Below, one piece after another: positions 1-10,708 of a DNA stretch of 52,819 nucleotides; the first letter of the stretch is position 1, and each line of letters opens with the position of its first letter. The stretch is taken from positions 1 through 52,819 of the forward strand of contig JBHLPW010000037.1 in NCBI GenBank assembly GCA_048939015.1. Direction: 5' to 3'. The notes under the pieces were generated by a model, which was not told the DNA's origin, did no database searches, and worked only from the letters and a program-made list of their open reading frames with translations. Both the position numbers and the translations under genes were made by a program. Origin of the DNA: Promethearchaeota archaeon. Its GTDB lineage: Archaea > Asgardarchaeota > Lokiarchaeia > Sigyniarchaeales > SOKP01.

Positions 1-1
1 A

Positions 2-544
2 TTCTCATGTCAAATGTGTGGTAAATGCTGTACGGGTTTCAATGAGGGAGAGGTCTATTTATATAAAGAAGATATCCTTAGACTAGCTAAATTTCTAAAC
101 ATTAAAGGAAAAAAAGGATTACAAGATTTCGCGAAAAAATATGCCAAAGTTATAGATGATAGTCTTTTCTGGAAAGAACCTGGAAAAGAAAGAGGTAGGA
201 CATACCGTTTTAAAACATTGGGTTTTAGATTCACGGGAGAAGATGAACATTGCCATTTTCTGAAAGATAATAAATGTAGTGTTCATGTCGCTCGACCATT
301 TCAATGCAGATCATTTCCTTTTTGGCAAATGATGGTGTCTAGTAAACAAAATTTTGTAAATTATACAAAAAAATGTAAAGGTTTACAGTTATTAAGAGGT
401 AAGTTCTATACAAAGGAAGAGATCTTAAATTGGGCAAAACAAGAGTATGAAATAGAAAAGAAATACTTTTTAGAAATGAAAAAGAATAATTTTAATATCT
501 TAAAAGTTCATCCCTACCTATCCAAAGAAATGCTTGAGGAATGA
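2..544 (+). CDS. YkgJ family (CxxCxxCC) putative Fe-S/zinc cluster protein, 5'-truncated by window edge
   Basis: Frame is open from position 2 (FSCQMCGKCC, giving CxxCxxCC). Later C-HFL-x4-C-SVH-x2-RPFQC-RSFPFW is typical of the family. Confidence 0.85.
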   Translation, partial: FSCQMCGKCCTGFNEGEVYLYKEDILRLAKFLNIKGKKGLQDFAKKYAKVIDDSLFWKEPGKERGRTYRFKTLGFRFTGEDEHCHFLKDNKCSVHVARPFQCRSFPFWQMMVSSKQNFVNYTKKCKGLQLLRGKFYTKEEILNWAKQEYEIEKKYFLEMKKNNFNILKVHPYLSKEMLEE

Positions 545-936
545 AAGGAAACATGCCAAATGGTCTTATTTTTATGAAGTATGATGAACGGAGTGGTATG
601 GAAATAAAAGCAAAATATCCAGAAGAAGTGAATATTTCAGATAGAACATTGATGCATATTTTAAATTTACATGAATTTAGTGAAGAAGCAGGGACAGTAA
701 GCCTAACTTTAGATAATGTTAATTTCGTTACTTATTATACGGGATCAACAAAAGACTATTTCATAATTTTAAAATTGAATATTCTCGAAGAACCTGAAGA
801 TTATGAAGTAATATTAGAAGAAATCTCTCAAACTCTTTTAAAAAATCTTGATAAAGACAAATATCTTGAAATGCTTCCTTCACTCTTTAATAGGATTAAG
901 GAATATCCTAAAAAGAAGAATGGTCTTATTGAGTAA
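541..936 (+). CDS. Longin/uDENN-like small domain protein (alternative start ATG 553)
   Basis: N-terminal GLIFMKYDERSGMEIKAKYP resembles the hydrophobic strand-FD-x2-GP-x-I-x3-YP start of longin/uDENN folds. Strand-helix pattern fits. ATGA overlap with the upstream stop. Confidence 0.55.
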   Translation: MKGNMPNGLIFMKYDERSGMEIKAKYPEEVNISDRTLMHILNLHEFSEEAGTVSLTLDNVNFVTYYTGSTKDYFIILKLNILEEPEDYEVILEEISQTLLKNLDKDKYLEMLPSLFNRIKEYPKKKNGLIE

Positions 937-1047
937 TTAGGAGTAAAAAATAATAATTTACATCTATTTTTAGAATGGATCTAAATTATTTTTTAAACAG
1001 AATTAATTTAGTAAAATAAAAAAAAAAAAATTTATTTATTTAGTTAT

Positions 1048-1752
1048 TTAGAAGGCTAATACGAGTAATAGAAACGAAATCAATAGCCATCGGCCACTCC
1101 AACCTACAATTGGTGCGGAATTTGTTAAAAATGCATTCGCTAGTGTGGCACTACCTGCTACCCAAGTAAAGAATACAAATCCAATTATTAAAAGAACCCA
1201 CCAATCCCAAGGGATTTTAATATCGACGAGATCAAATATGATTATTATTAAAACAATTGCTAATATTAGTCCAAAGACACCATTTAGAATCACAGGTGTA
1301 TTTGCTGGAGCTCCAATATTGCCAACACCCATGAAGATAATAATACAATCATAGATCGCAAAACCAGCTCCTACGAGTGCCATCATCTTTGAAGCTTTCC
1401 AACCTTGTTTCTCAGCAAGAAGATCAATTAAAGCAGCACTTGTTACAATTGCTCCCGCCCAGTAAGATATTGCAAGACCTACGAATCCGAATATAATAGT
1501 AACTACCCCAATTACAAGCAAAATCCACCAAGTAAACGGAAGTGAAATTGGCATTAGTTCCCAATAATTTAAACCCAGAAAAATCACTATGGCAAAGACA
1601 AGTTCTAATATACCAAAAAGCGCCCAGAGTTCGTTTCCAGGTACTGCTGCTGCAGAAAAATAGGTAAAAGCATCAAAACCTAAGAAAAGCATTCCTATAA
1701 AAGCAAGTAATTTTACTGCTGTGAGTTTTTCACCTTCACTCATAATGTTCAC
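1048..1752 (-). CDS. Hypothetical multi-pass membrane protein with internal duplication
   Basis: About 8 hydrophobic segments. Two similar halves (ISLPFTWWILLVIG / IKIPWDWWVLLIIG). Poly-T tract follows on the minus strand. Confidence 0.75.
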   Translation of the reverse strand: MNIMSEGEKLTAVKLLAFIGMLFLGFDAFTYFSAAAVPGNELWALFGILELVFAIVIFLGLNYWELMPISLPFTWWILLVIGVVTIIFGFVGLAISYWAGAIVTSAALIDLLAEKQGWKASKMMALVGAGFAIYDCIIIFMGVGNIGAPANTPVILNGVFGLILAIVLIIIIFDLVDIKIPWDWWVLLIIGFVFFTWVAGSATLANAFLTNSAPIVGWSGRWLLISFLLLVLAF

Positions 1753-2094
1753 TTTATTTTTTGTTATTAATTAATTCCTATTCGGAATTACAATTAGATT
1801 ATTTTAACCAGTTTAAAAGGTTTTAGATACATCTTATTATATGTTTAATAGTATAATCCTCTAGCAAATGATATTCGAATAATCATTCAAAACATATTCT
1901 TTTCTTGAATAAACTCCTTTAGTGTAAGTTACAAGTCTTAGATTGATAAGAAATTAAGAATATAAATTCATTATAAGGATTTCATTTTAAATATTAATCA
2001 ACTAATTTCTAAAAATAAACTCAATAGTTATTAGAAAATCATTTTTATATTAATTAAAGAATAATAAGATTTCTTATTGAGTAGAGGGATAATT

Positions 2095-4485
2095 ATGAAA
2101 ATTGGTCTATTTATTTGTGATTGTGGCAAAAATATTAGTGGTGTAATTGATAATGATAATTTAATTAAACATTTTGAGAAATATCCCAATTTAGTTGTCA
2201 TTGGAGATCAGTATTTATGTTCTGAATTAGGAGTAAATAAAATAATCGATGAAATAAAGGAAAAAAAAGTGGAACGTGTGGTAATTGCTGCTTGTTCATT
2301 TAAATTACATGGATTATTGTTTCGAAAAACTATTGAAAAAGCAGGAATCAACCGATTTTTAATATCCTTTGCTAACATTAGAGAACAGAACTCATGGGTT
2401 CACTATGATGATCCCTTTAAAGCAACAAGAAAAGCAATAGACCAAATAAATATGGCAATAGAGAGAGTTAAACTTTTGGAACCATTAGAAGTTCAACACT
2501 CAAAAATAACGCCATCAGTTTTAATTGTCGGAGGGGGAATTGCCGGAATTAAAGCTGCTTTAGTAATTGCTGATACAGGAAATAAAGTGTATTTAGTTGA
2601 GAAAGAACTTACAATTGGAGGTCAAATGGCTTTATTTGACAAAACATTTCCGACATTAGATTGTAGTATTTGCATCTTAGGACCGTTAATGACAGAAGTG
2701 AAGGATCATCCTAATATTGAATTATTGACCTACTCAACGATTGAAAATGTAGACGGTTATATTGGAAATTTTGAGGTAAGAGTTAGAAAAAATCCTCGCT
2801 TTATAAAAGAAGATGATTGTGTAGGATGTTTTGACATTTGTCGAGAGGTTTGTCCAATAGAAATAGAAAATACTTTTTTTCCAAGAAAAGCTATAGATGT
2901 ACCCTATCCTCAAGCAATACCTTTGTTTCCTAATATCATAGAAGAACATTGTATTGGGTGTAAAGCATGTGCTCAAGCTTGCGATAGAGACGCAATTGAT
3001 TTTAATCAAAAACCAGAAATTATAAATTTCACTGTAGGATCTATAATAGTCGCTACAGGTATAAAACCGTTTAATCCATCTATATTAGGAGAATTCAGCT
3101 ATGATTTATATCCAAATGTAATTACTACCATGCAAATGGAGAGATTACTTAACAATGATGGTCCAACTCATGGAAAAGTAGTAAAACCTTCGGATGGAAA
3201 AATACCTAAAAAAGTCTCTTTTATCTTATGTGTTGGTTCTAGGAATCAAAAAATACATCATGATTACTGTAGCCAAGTTTGTTGTAATGAAGCTATAAAG
3301 CAAGCAATACTTTTGAAAAAAGAGATCCCTGAAATAGAAGTCAATATCTATTATACAGATATTAGAGCAGTTGGGAAAAACTGTGAGGAATTTTACAATA
3401 GAGCCCGTGAAGCTTTTGGAGTACGTTTTATAAAAAGTAGTATCTCATCAGTTATAAAAAGTGACACATATGATGAACTCTTAGTTCGTGGTGAGGATAT
3501 AATTGAAGGAACTCTTTTTGAAAATAAAACAGATTTAGTTGTGTTAGCAGTTGGAATAGAACCCGCAGAGGGGACAGATGAGTTAAGTAAAATATTAAAT
3601 ATTTCTCAAGATCCATATGGTTTCTTATTAGAAAAGCATTTAAAGGTAAATCCATCGGAGACACTTGTTAATGGGATATTTATTGCAGGAGCAATTCAAG
3701 GTCCTAAAGATATACCTAGTAGTATCGCTCAAGCGGAAAGTGCTGCTTCTAAAGCAATATCTTTAATAACGCGTGGAAAAGTAGAATTAGATCCTCATAT
3801 TGTTTATTATAATAAAGAAAAATGTGACTTATGTAGACTTTGTGAAAATATATGTGAATTCAATGCTTTAAAAATTCAGAATAATCAACTAATAATTACT
3901 CAGGCTAATTGTTCTGGTTGTGGGGCCTGTGTCGCAATGTGTCCATATGATGCCCTCTATATTCCTGGTTTTCGAAAAGAACAACTTTCAGCTCAATTAA
4001 AATCAGTTCTTTCTGAAAAAAAAGAATTTCCTTTGATTATCACTTTTTTATGTAATTGGTGTTCTTATGTAGGAGCAGATCTTGCCGGAACAAGCAAAAT
4101 TAATTACCCAACAAATAGTAGAACTGTACATGTTATGTGTACGGCAATGTTAAATCCATCAATAGTTTTTGAGAGTTTTTTTTACGGAGCAGATGGAGTC
4201 TTGATTGCAGGGTGTCATCCGCAAGATTGTCATTACGAAAGTGGATTTACTAAAGCCCAAAATAGATATGAAAGTATAAAAGAAATGTTAGCTACAGCAA
4301 ATATAAACGAAAATAGGGTTAAAATTGTAAGTATCTCAGCTGGAGAAGGGGAGAAGTTTGCGAAGGTTATAAAAGAATTTAAAGATGAGTTGGAAAAAAT
4401 AGGTCTAATTCACCCTGGAGAATTTTTGAAGCCTCCTAAAATAAAAAGTCAAATAGAAGACAAGGCTAGGCTAAATGAGATTTAA
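2095..4485 (+). CDS. hdrA: Heterodisulfide reductase subunit A fused to C-terminal MvhD (FlpD) domain
   Basis: GLFICDCG N-terminus, NIREQ, GGGIAG FAD motif, DKTFPTLDCSICILGP, ferredoxin CxxCxxC motifs, CVGSR..CSQVCC, QGPKDIP. MvhD motifs FLCNWCSYVGADLAG and GCHPQDCHY. Confidence 0.95.
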   Translation: MKIGLFICDCGKNISGVIDNDNLIKHFEKYPNLVVIGDQYLCSELGVNKIIDEIKEKKVERVVIAACSFKLHGLLFRKTIEKAGINRFLISFANIREQNSWVHYDDPFKATRKAIDQINMAIERVKLLEPLEVQHSKITPSVLIVGGGIAGIKAALVIADTGNKVYLVEKELTIGGQMALFDKTFPTLDCSICILGPLMTEVKDHPNIELLTYSTIENVDGYIGNFEVRVRKNPRFIKEDDCVGCFDICREVCPIEIENTFFPRKAIDVPYPQAIPLFPNIIEEHCIGCKACAQACDRDAIDFNQKPEIINFTVGSIIVATGIKPFNPSILGEFSYDLYPNVITTMQMERLLNNDGPTHGKVVKPSDGKIPKKVSFILCVGSRNQKIHHDYCSQVCCNEAIKQAILLKKEIPEIEVNIYYTDIRAVGKNCEEFYNRAREAFGVRFIKSSISSVIKSDTYDELLVRGEDIIEGTLFENKTDLVVLAVGIEPAEGTDELSKILNISQDPYGFLLEKHLKVNPSETLVNGIFIAGAIQGPKDIPSSIAQAESAASKAISLITRGKVELDPHIVYYNKEKCDLCRLCENICEFNALKIQNNQLIITQANCSGCGACVAMCPYDALYIPGFRKEQLSAQLKSVLSEKKEFPLIITFLCNWCSYVGADLAGTSKINYPTNSRTVHVMCTAMLNPSIVFESFFYGADGVLIAGCHPQDCHYESGFTKAQNRYESIKEMLATANINENRVKIVSISAGEGEKFAKVIKEFKDELEKIGLIHPGEFLKPPKIKSQIEDKARLNEI

Positions 4486-4644
4486 AAATCTTTTTTAAAA
4501 AAATTGAAATAGTCATCATTCTCTTTGAGAATAAATGTTAATTTTTTATTACTAGCTCTCTTATAAACCTTATTAATAGAGTTTTTTTACACATACTATA
4601 AAACCTAATTTTAAATTTTAAAATTATAACTTAACAGGTTAAAT

Positions 4645-5931
4645 ATGAGAATTAGAGCGATCACACTGGGTCAAATCATACCTTTCCTCTTTAAGAATGA
4701 AACGATACTTTCTTTTTTACAGGATAAATTAAGTAGTTTCTCTTTCTTTGTCAATGAATTTAGCGATATTTTAAAGGATTTTGATATTGAAATTGATACT
4801 AAAAGAATCTGCTCACAACCACTGTTTTCATATGATAATAAACTATTCTATGAAAAAAACTTAAAAGAAACTCTAGTAGACATAAATGAACAATTAATTT
4901 TTTTAGAAGATGTATTCAAAGACTATGGAATTGATTATTTTGCCTGTGCTATGATGAGAGCGGACCATATTCAAGAATTAGGTATCTTTGAGAAGCTATT
5001 GCTAGATGAAATCCCTCAATTCATTCAAAATAAACGTAGCTTTTTTACGTCATTACCCGTTGCATCTACTGATACAGGTATTAATTTAGCTGCGTTAAAA
5101 GCAGGAGCCAAAGCAATCAAGAATTTATCGGATCCAGATCCATTTAATAATTTACAATTTTGCATATCTGCTAATGTTAAACCTAATACTCCATTCTTTC
5201 CAGCTGCATATCATTTATCAGAGAAAACTGGTTTTTCATTAGCATTAGAAATGGCAGATGAAGTAATTAATGCTATCGAAGCATCAAATTCATTAAAAGA
5301 TGCCCAACTTAATTTATTAGCAAAATTCAATGAAATATATGATAATTTAACAAAAATTTCAGAAAAAGTAGCACGAAACTTTGATATAGAATTCAAAGGA
5401 ATTGATTTTTCCCCAGCTCCTTATCCATTGGCTAATAGAAGTATTGGAACTGCGATTGAAAAATTAGGCATTGATTACTTTGGAGCTAATGGAACACTAA
5501 CCGCAGTAGCTCTAATAAAAAATTCTATTCCAATTAATAAAGAAAAAGTAATCGGTTTTTCAGGATTTATGCAACCTGTTTTAGAAGACTTTGTTTTATC
5601 AAAAAGATTATCGGAAAATAAATATAATTTAGATTCCCTCATATTATATTCTACTATGTGTGGAGCAGGTCTTGATGTTGTTCCACTTCCGGGTGATATT
5701 ACAGAGAAAGAATTATTTTATATTTTACTAGACATTTGTACGATTTCAGTAACTTTAAACAAACCGTTAACTTGTAGATTAATGCCAATACCCGGAAAAA
5801 AATCTGGGGATGATGTTGAGTTTGATTTTGAATATTTTGCACCTACGAAAATAATAGATTTTAAAAGAATTACAGGGGAAAACAAGAACGATTTATTTAA
5901 TCAAAATGAGAAAACTTTAAAATTTCTTTAA
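4645..5931 (+). CDS. DUF711/UPF0210 family protein
   Basis: MRIRAITLG start, PFFPAAYH, GIDFSPAP, GFSGFMQPVLED, CGAGLDVVPLPGD, KPLTCRLMPIPGK. Confidence 0.85.
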   Translation: MRIRAITLGQIIPFLFKNETILSFLQDKLSSFSFFVNEFSDILKDFDIEIDTKRICSQPLFSYDNKLFYEKNLKETLVDINEQLIFLEDVFKDYGIDYFACAMMRADHIQELGIFEKLLLDEIPQFIQNKRSFFTSLPVASTDTGINLAALKAGAKAIKNLSDPDPFNNLQFCISANVKPNTPFFPAAYHLSEKTGFSLALEMADEVINAIEASNSLKDAQLNLLAKFNEIYDNLTKISEKVARNFDIEFKGIDFSPAPYPLANRSIGTAIEKLGIDYFGANGTLTAVALIKNSIPINKEKVIGFSGFMQPVLEDFVLSKRLSENKYNLDSLILYSTMCGAGLDVVPLPGDITEKELFYILLDICTISVTLNKPLTCRLMPIPGKKSGDDVEFDFEYFAPTKIIDFKRITGENKNDLFNQNEKTLKFL

Positions 5932-6002
5932 AAAGATTTAATAAGAGAGATTACCTAGTTATTTTTTTGAAAACTTACAAAAATTATTCAAATAATAGGT
6001 TT

Positions 6003-6458
6003 ATGAATGGCAAAAAAGAAAACAACACTTTGAGATTCTTCAATGAAGCTGTTGAATATATCGATAAATTTGATTCTCAAGAAATATTTACGGGAGAAAA
6101 TAGAGTTCCATTGGAGACTAGAGATTACAATTCAAATTTTTTAAGAGATGAGATGATACATGAATTAAATAATCTAAGAGATCTCATTAAAAATAATCCT
6201 GACTTAAAGATTGAAAAATTAACAAAAGAAGAACGTGAAACTTTTTATCAATTTATTAACTGGGCCAGAATTTGTCCAATTTGTGGCAATTCTAATCATT
6301 TCTTTAATTTAAAACGACTATTTTTTGATGAAGACAAAAAATTCTTGATAAAAGAAATAATAAAATTAATGTCTTTAAATAATAATAAATTAAGGAAATA
6401 CAATTTACAATTAGGAATTCCATGTTGTAACTGTTTTAAGCAGTTCTTTGAGGAATAG
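6003..6458 (+). CDS. Hypothetical protein, probable zinc finger
   Basis: CPIC...PCCNC pairs. ORF track starts at TTG 5967; first ATG is at 6003. Confidence 0.65.
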   Translation: MNGKKENNTLRFFNEAVEYIDKFDSQEIFTGENRVPLETRDYNSNFLRDEMIHELNNLRDLIKNNPDLKIEKLTKEERETFYQFINWARICPICGNSNHFFNLKRLFFDEDKKFLIKEIIKLMSLNNNKLRKYNLQLGIPCCNCFKQFFEE

Positions 6459-6476
6459 ATTGGAAAAGGCCTAATT

Positions 6477-6815
6477 TTATTTTAAATAATCAACCACTTT
6501 TCCACTTTGAGTGATTTCATAATAAATCTCATCTGTATTTTCAACCTTTATAGATTGAATACAAAATGCTTTAATTAAAAAATCCATATTATAATTGAAC
6601 ACATACTCATCATGAAGTATTTTATTATCAGCAAGTTGTTTTATCAATTCAGTTTTAGAGATTCGTTTTGTGCCATTCACTATGTTAAGAATTTCGCGAC
6701 GTATTGGATGATTAACAGCCTTTAGATAAAGATCATGTAAATACCTTGTCCCTTCTACTGATTTACTATATTCTTCCATTGTCTTGTAGTTTTTGAAATC
6801 AAACTCATTTGGCAT
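6477..6815 (-). CDS. ArsR-like winged-helix protein
   Basis: KAVNHPIRREILNIV and YYEITQSG wing motif. Confidence 0.7.
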   Translation of the reverse strand: MPNEFDFKNYKTMEEYSKSVEGTRYLHDLYLKAVNHPIRREILNIVNGTKRISKTELIKQLADNKILHDEYVFNYNMDFLIKAFCIQSIKVENTDEIYYEITQSGKVVDYLK

Positions 6816-6954
6816 ACTTATGCAAAAGAATAAAGAAAGAAAAACCTTGGGTTTTTAGATAAAAATCGCCATATTTGTCGAAATAAAATAGCACTTTAAA
6901 TAAACAAATCAGAATTAAATTACAAATAATGTTAAAATAAAAAATACGATAATT

Positions 6955-7239
6955 ATGGAAAAAGTTAAGCTTTCCAATAATCCTAAAGTTGAATCAATTA
7001 GAAATAAGGAGAAGGTTGGACATAAAATAGAAAGTTTATGGGGCGAAAATTCACATTATGATAAAAATTCTAGCTATGAATCTAAAAAGCTAATGATAAA
7101 ACTTGAAACAAATGGTAAGGAGAAAAGAAAGATTACATTAAAAATGGAAAGCGGAAGTCCAAATGCTCATTCTAACAACTATTCTCTCATTTTTGATCTT
7201 TTAAAGGAGTTTTTTAATGGAACAAATAATTCTGGCTGA
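6955..7239 (+). CDS. Hypothetical protein
   Basis: 94-aa ATG ORF filling an intergenic gap. No motif recognised. Confidence 0.45.
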   Translation: MEKVKLSNNPKVESIRNKEKVGHKIESLWGENSHYDKNSSYESKKLMIKLETNGKEKRKITLKMESGSPNAHSNNYSLIFDLLKEFFNGTNNSG

Positions 7240-7364
7240 AAAGATAAGTGATTTTCTCCAAATCACCCTTGCTTAATAAATTTATTAGCAGAAATTAAAA
7301 GTAAAATATTTTATTTTAGGACTCCCTATTTCTTCATTAATTTTAATTTAAAAGTAAATTTGAA

Positions 7365-8435
7365 GTGGAAAAAATGAATTTTGAAGAAATAAAAGCTATA
7401 TTAGGTTCTGATGCTGATAGTTTATTAAATCATGTATGTACTGGAATTCCTAAAGAACAGATTCATCCTCCTGGCCCCGATTTTATAGAACGAGTTTTTG
7501 AACATTCAGATAGAAATAATATTGTATTAAATAATATGGAACGATTATTTACACAAATTGGTAGATTATCCGGGACAGGTTATCTCTCAGTATTACCTGT
7601 TGATCAAGGTATAGAACATACTGCTTCCGCTAGTTTTGCTGTTAATCCTTCATATTTTGATCCTGAAAATATTATCAAATTAGCGATAAATGGAGGTTGT
7701 AATGCTGTTGCTTCTACTCTTGGTGTTTTAGGGTCTGTTGCAAGAAGATATGCTCATAAAATTCCTTTTATAGTGAAGATTAATCATAATGAACTATTAA
7801 CAAAGCCTGAACTTTCAGACCAAACTCTATTTGCTAATGTAGAACAAGCTTTTGATATGGGTGCTGCTGCAGTAGGGGCTACAATTTACTTCGGTTCTCT
7901 TGAATCAAGACGCCAAATTCAAGAGATAAGTGAATCATTTAGATATGCTCATGAATTAGGATTAGTTTGTGTTCTTTGGTGCTATTTGAGAAATAAGAAA
8001 GAATTCATTAAAGATGGAAAAGATTATCATACTGCAAACGATTTAGAAAGTCAAGCTAATTATTTAGGGGTTACTATCGAGGCAGATATTATAAAACAAA
8101 AATTATCTACTCTTAATCGAGGATTTCTTGATTTAGGTTTCGGTAAAACAGATAAGTTAGTTTATGAAAAACTTGCTACAGATAATCCAATTGATTGGAA
8201 TAGATATCAAGTTGCTAACTGCTATATGGGAAGAATTGGACTAATTAATTCAGGTGGAGAGGCGGGTGGTAATGATCTTCAAGATGCTGTGACAGCTGCC
8301 GTTATAAATAAGCGATCTGGAGGGATGGGTTTAATTTTAGGACGAAAAGCTTTTAAAAGGCCTACTCCTGAAGGGATTAAAATTCTTAATGCCGTACAAG
8401 ACGTATATTTATGCCAAGATATTAATATTGCCTAA
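7365..8435 (+). CDS. fbaB: Class I fructose-bisphosphate aldolase (DhnA/FbaB type)
   Basis: [40 protein letters not shown] (Schiff-base Lys), GLINSGG, GRKAF. Confidence 0.95.
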   Translation: MEKMNFEEIKAILGSDADSLLNHVCTGIPKEQIHPPGPDFIERVFEHSDRNNIVLNNMERLFTQIGRLSGTGYLSVLPVDQGIEHTASASFAVNPSYFDPENIIKLAINGGCNAVASTLGVLGSVARRYAHKIPFIVKINHNELLTKPELSDQTLFANVEQAFDMGAAAVGATIYFGSLESRRQIQEISESFRYAHELGLVCVLWCYLRNKKEFIKDGKDYHTANDLESQANYLGVTIEADIIKQKLSTLNRGFLDLGFGKTDKLVYEKLATDNPIDWNRYQVANCYMGRIGLINSGGEAGGNDLQDAVTAAVINKRSGGMGLILGRKAFKRPTPEGIKILNAVQDVYLCQDINIA

Positions 8436-8663
8436 TAATTTAATATTACTTCTATTTTTTTATAAATTAGAAAAACCAGTATTATACATTTGGCACCCAT
8501 AATTTTTAAATAAACGAATTTTTTTCTAAAATCACGGAAATAAATTACAAAAAATTATTAAATCTTACAAGAAATTCTTTCTATTATTAATAGTAATAAA
8601 TTAAAATTATAAACAAGAATAACAATATTCATAATTAATAATTAAGTATTTAATGAGATTATT

Positions 8664-9290
8664 ATGGGAAGAGATAGAAATTTTCGACCAGATCCAAATT
8701 ATAATCCATATAGAGTTAAACAGGGACCAGCTGTGCCCAAAACTACTTTTATTGATTTTAGTACTCGAAGGATTTGCCCAGCATGTGGACTAGACATTAA
8801 AATTAGTCATAATTTTTGTAAACGTTGTGGTGTTGATTTAAGTGCGATAGAACCGATAGGTAATGATGAAATTTCTAAACAATTAGCTATCACAGCCGTT
8901 ACTGATTCTGATCCGGAAGTCAGAAAAGAAGCAGTTGACACATTAGGAAGTTTTGGGGATAATAGAGTATTAGGCGTTCTAACTTATGTCTTATTAAACG
9001 ATCCTGATGAAAACGTAAGACGGGAAGCTGCAGACGAACTTGGAGATTTACACCATCCCTATAGTTTAGATGTATTTACTAAAGCTCTAAAAGATGAAAG
9101 TGCATTAGTAAGGAAAGAAGCTATAGAAGGGCTAAAGAAAATTAAAAAAAAGATCAAGCCAAAGGAATTAGAAGAGGGAAAACCAGAGAGTAGGGCAGTT
9201 ATAGAAGATAAACCAGAAGAAAATATCGAAGAAAATTCGGATATACCTTCAGAAGAAACTTCTAAAGAGAATGATAATGATATATTTTAA
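8664..9290 (+). CDS. Zinc-ribbon plus HEAT (PBS-lyase-like) repeat protein
   Basis: CPAC..CKRC, three D-x-D-x2-VR-x-EA-x3-LG repeats, acidic tail. Confidence 0.8.
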   Translation: MGRDRNFRPDPNYNPYRVKQGPAVPKTTFIDFSTRRICPACGLDIKISHNFCKRCGVDLSAIEPIGNDEISKQLAITAVTDSDPEVRKEAVDTLGSFGDNRVLGVLTYVLLNDPDENVRREAADELGDLHHPYSLDVFTKALKDESALVRKEAIEGLKKIKKKIKPKELEEGKPESRAVIEDKPEENIEENSDIPSEETSKENDNDIF

Positions 9291-9385
9291 AATTAATAAT
9301 TACTTTTTCCTTTAATTTAATCCATTTAACCTAAAATTATTGATAATTAGAACAATTCTAAAATTAAAATTGCTTAGTAATGATT

Positions 9386-10495
9386 TCAATCATCACTACT
9401 CGGAATTTTCGGTAATTGTCTTCTACTACTAGGTTTTTTTTTTTCTGAGTTTTCTAAAATTTCTACAATTTCTGCTTTTCTAGCATTAGCTGGTAATTCA
9501 ATCTTCTTTTCATCTGCATATGTTTTAAGATCCTTTACAGTCATAGAATTAAAATCTGTTTTTACAGGAGAGGGTTTCTTCATTGAGTTAGGTTTGGAAG
9601 GCATTGGAGATAATCCTGAAGAAGATTCTGCTTTCGGTACAAATCCATTCTTTTTTTCTAAAACTTCAATCGCTTCAACAATCCCGTTTTTTTCATCAAA
9701 ATATACTCTCAAAACGTGGTTATCTAATTCTATCATATCTTTTGGAACCTTTTTAACTGCTTCCCATTCAGTTTCTTCAACTTCTTGTCCAAAAACACTA
9801 GCTACTTTCGAGACTGCGGCATATAGTGTATGTCCTAGAATAAGATTTGATCTTTTCAATCCCTCAGAAACTTCAGTTTTCAGAATCTTATCTTTAATTT
9901 TTTTCACTTCTTCTTCTGATATTCCTACTCCTTTAGAAGTTCTGGTTGGTTTCATGGGTGCTGATGTTGGATATTCACTTCTAGGTTTGGAAGTACTAGG
10001 TGAAAAAGATGAGGTTACCACTTTGCTACTTGTATCTTGTAAAGCAGGCGAAAAATATTCTTCTTCTTTAGGTTTTGTAGTTTTTGGAGCAACATCTGTG
10101 ATAACAACTTCACCTATTCTTTCTTTTTCGATATTTCGGACATATCTCATATCAGCTAAGCGTTCAGTTACTTCCATTGATTCCAATCTGAATGCATTTA
10201 AAAATTCGGAGGGTTCATCTCCTGCATCTACAGAAACAATTTTACAACGATGATATCTTGCATCTTTCATTAATTCTTCTTGGAGTGCTGAAGCTACTCT
10301 TGAACTAATAAATCTTTTTCGAACAGGTGATTTTGGACCTTTCCAAATGAAAATCCTTCGTAAATCTTCTCTAATGATCACTAAAACTTGTTCTGGATGA
10401 AGATTTTCTTGAAGTTCCTCTTCAGAGAAGTTTAACTTTACTCTCTCTCCAGAATCATCTAATTCATATACCATAAATGTCTCGTATTCAGTCAT
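9386..10495 (-). CDS. Gelsolin-like domain protein with C-terminal SAP/HeH (Rho-N-like) domain
   Basis: LHPEQVLVI..IFIWKGPKS..KIVSVDAGDEPSEFLNAF matches the gelsolin repeat (L-x4-V-x-I, IFxWxG, QGxEpxeF). FNSMTVKDLKTYADEKKIEL..RKAEIVEIL is a helix-extension-helix. Confidence 0.75.
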   Translation of the reverse strand: MTEYETFMVYELDDSGERVKLNFSEEELQENLHPEQVLVIIREDLRRIFIWKGPKSPVRKRFISSRVASALQEELMKDARYHRCKIVSVDAGDEPSEFLNAFRLESMEVTERLADMRYVRNIEKERIGEVVITDVAPKTTKPKEEEYFSPALQDTSSKVVTSSFSPSTSKPRSEYPTSAPMKPTRTSKGVGISEEEVKKIKDKILKTEVSEGLKRSNLILGHTLYAAVSKVASVFGQEVEETEWEAVKKVPKDMIELDNHVLRVYFDEKNGIVEAIEVLEKKNGFVPKAESSSGLSPMPSKPNSMKKPSPVKTDFNSMTVKDLKTYADEKKIELPANARKAEIVEILENSEKKKPSSRRQLPKIPSSDD

Positions 10496-10708
10496 TTTCT
10501 TATATTAGGAACATTAAGCTATGTAGTTTCAAATTAAATGATAGTAATTAATATTTTAATAAAGAAATTTGAAATTTCTATTCAAACTTATTTATTTTAA
10601 AGAAAATATAAATTAAATCATTTTAAATCTTTTTTTTTGAAAAAAACTCAAGAGGATTATTTTACACAGTTTATTATTAATTGAAAATGAAAAAAAAAAT
10701 GGATTTAA

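Noticed and set aside
2095-4644. Selenocysteine recoding or SECIS in hdrA-mvhD
   Set aside because: No in-frame TGA. The usual Sec positions are Cys (DCSICIL, CNWC). The downstream hairpin (ATTCTC-ttt-GAGAAT) is too short for a SECIS.
9594-10253. 219-aa plus-strand ORF and other antisense ORFs (e.g. 16846-17271, 42245-42661, 48175-48645)
   Set aside because: Shadows of well-supported genes on the opposite strand, with Ser/Phe-rich composition and no motifs.
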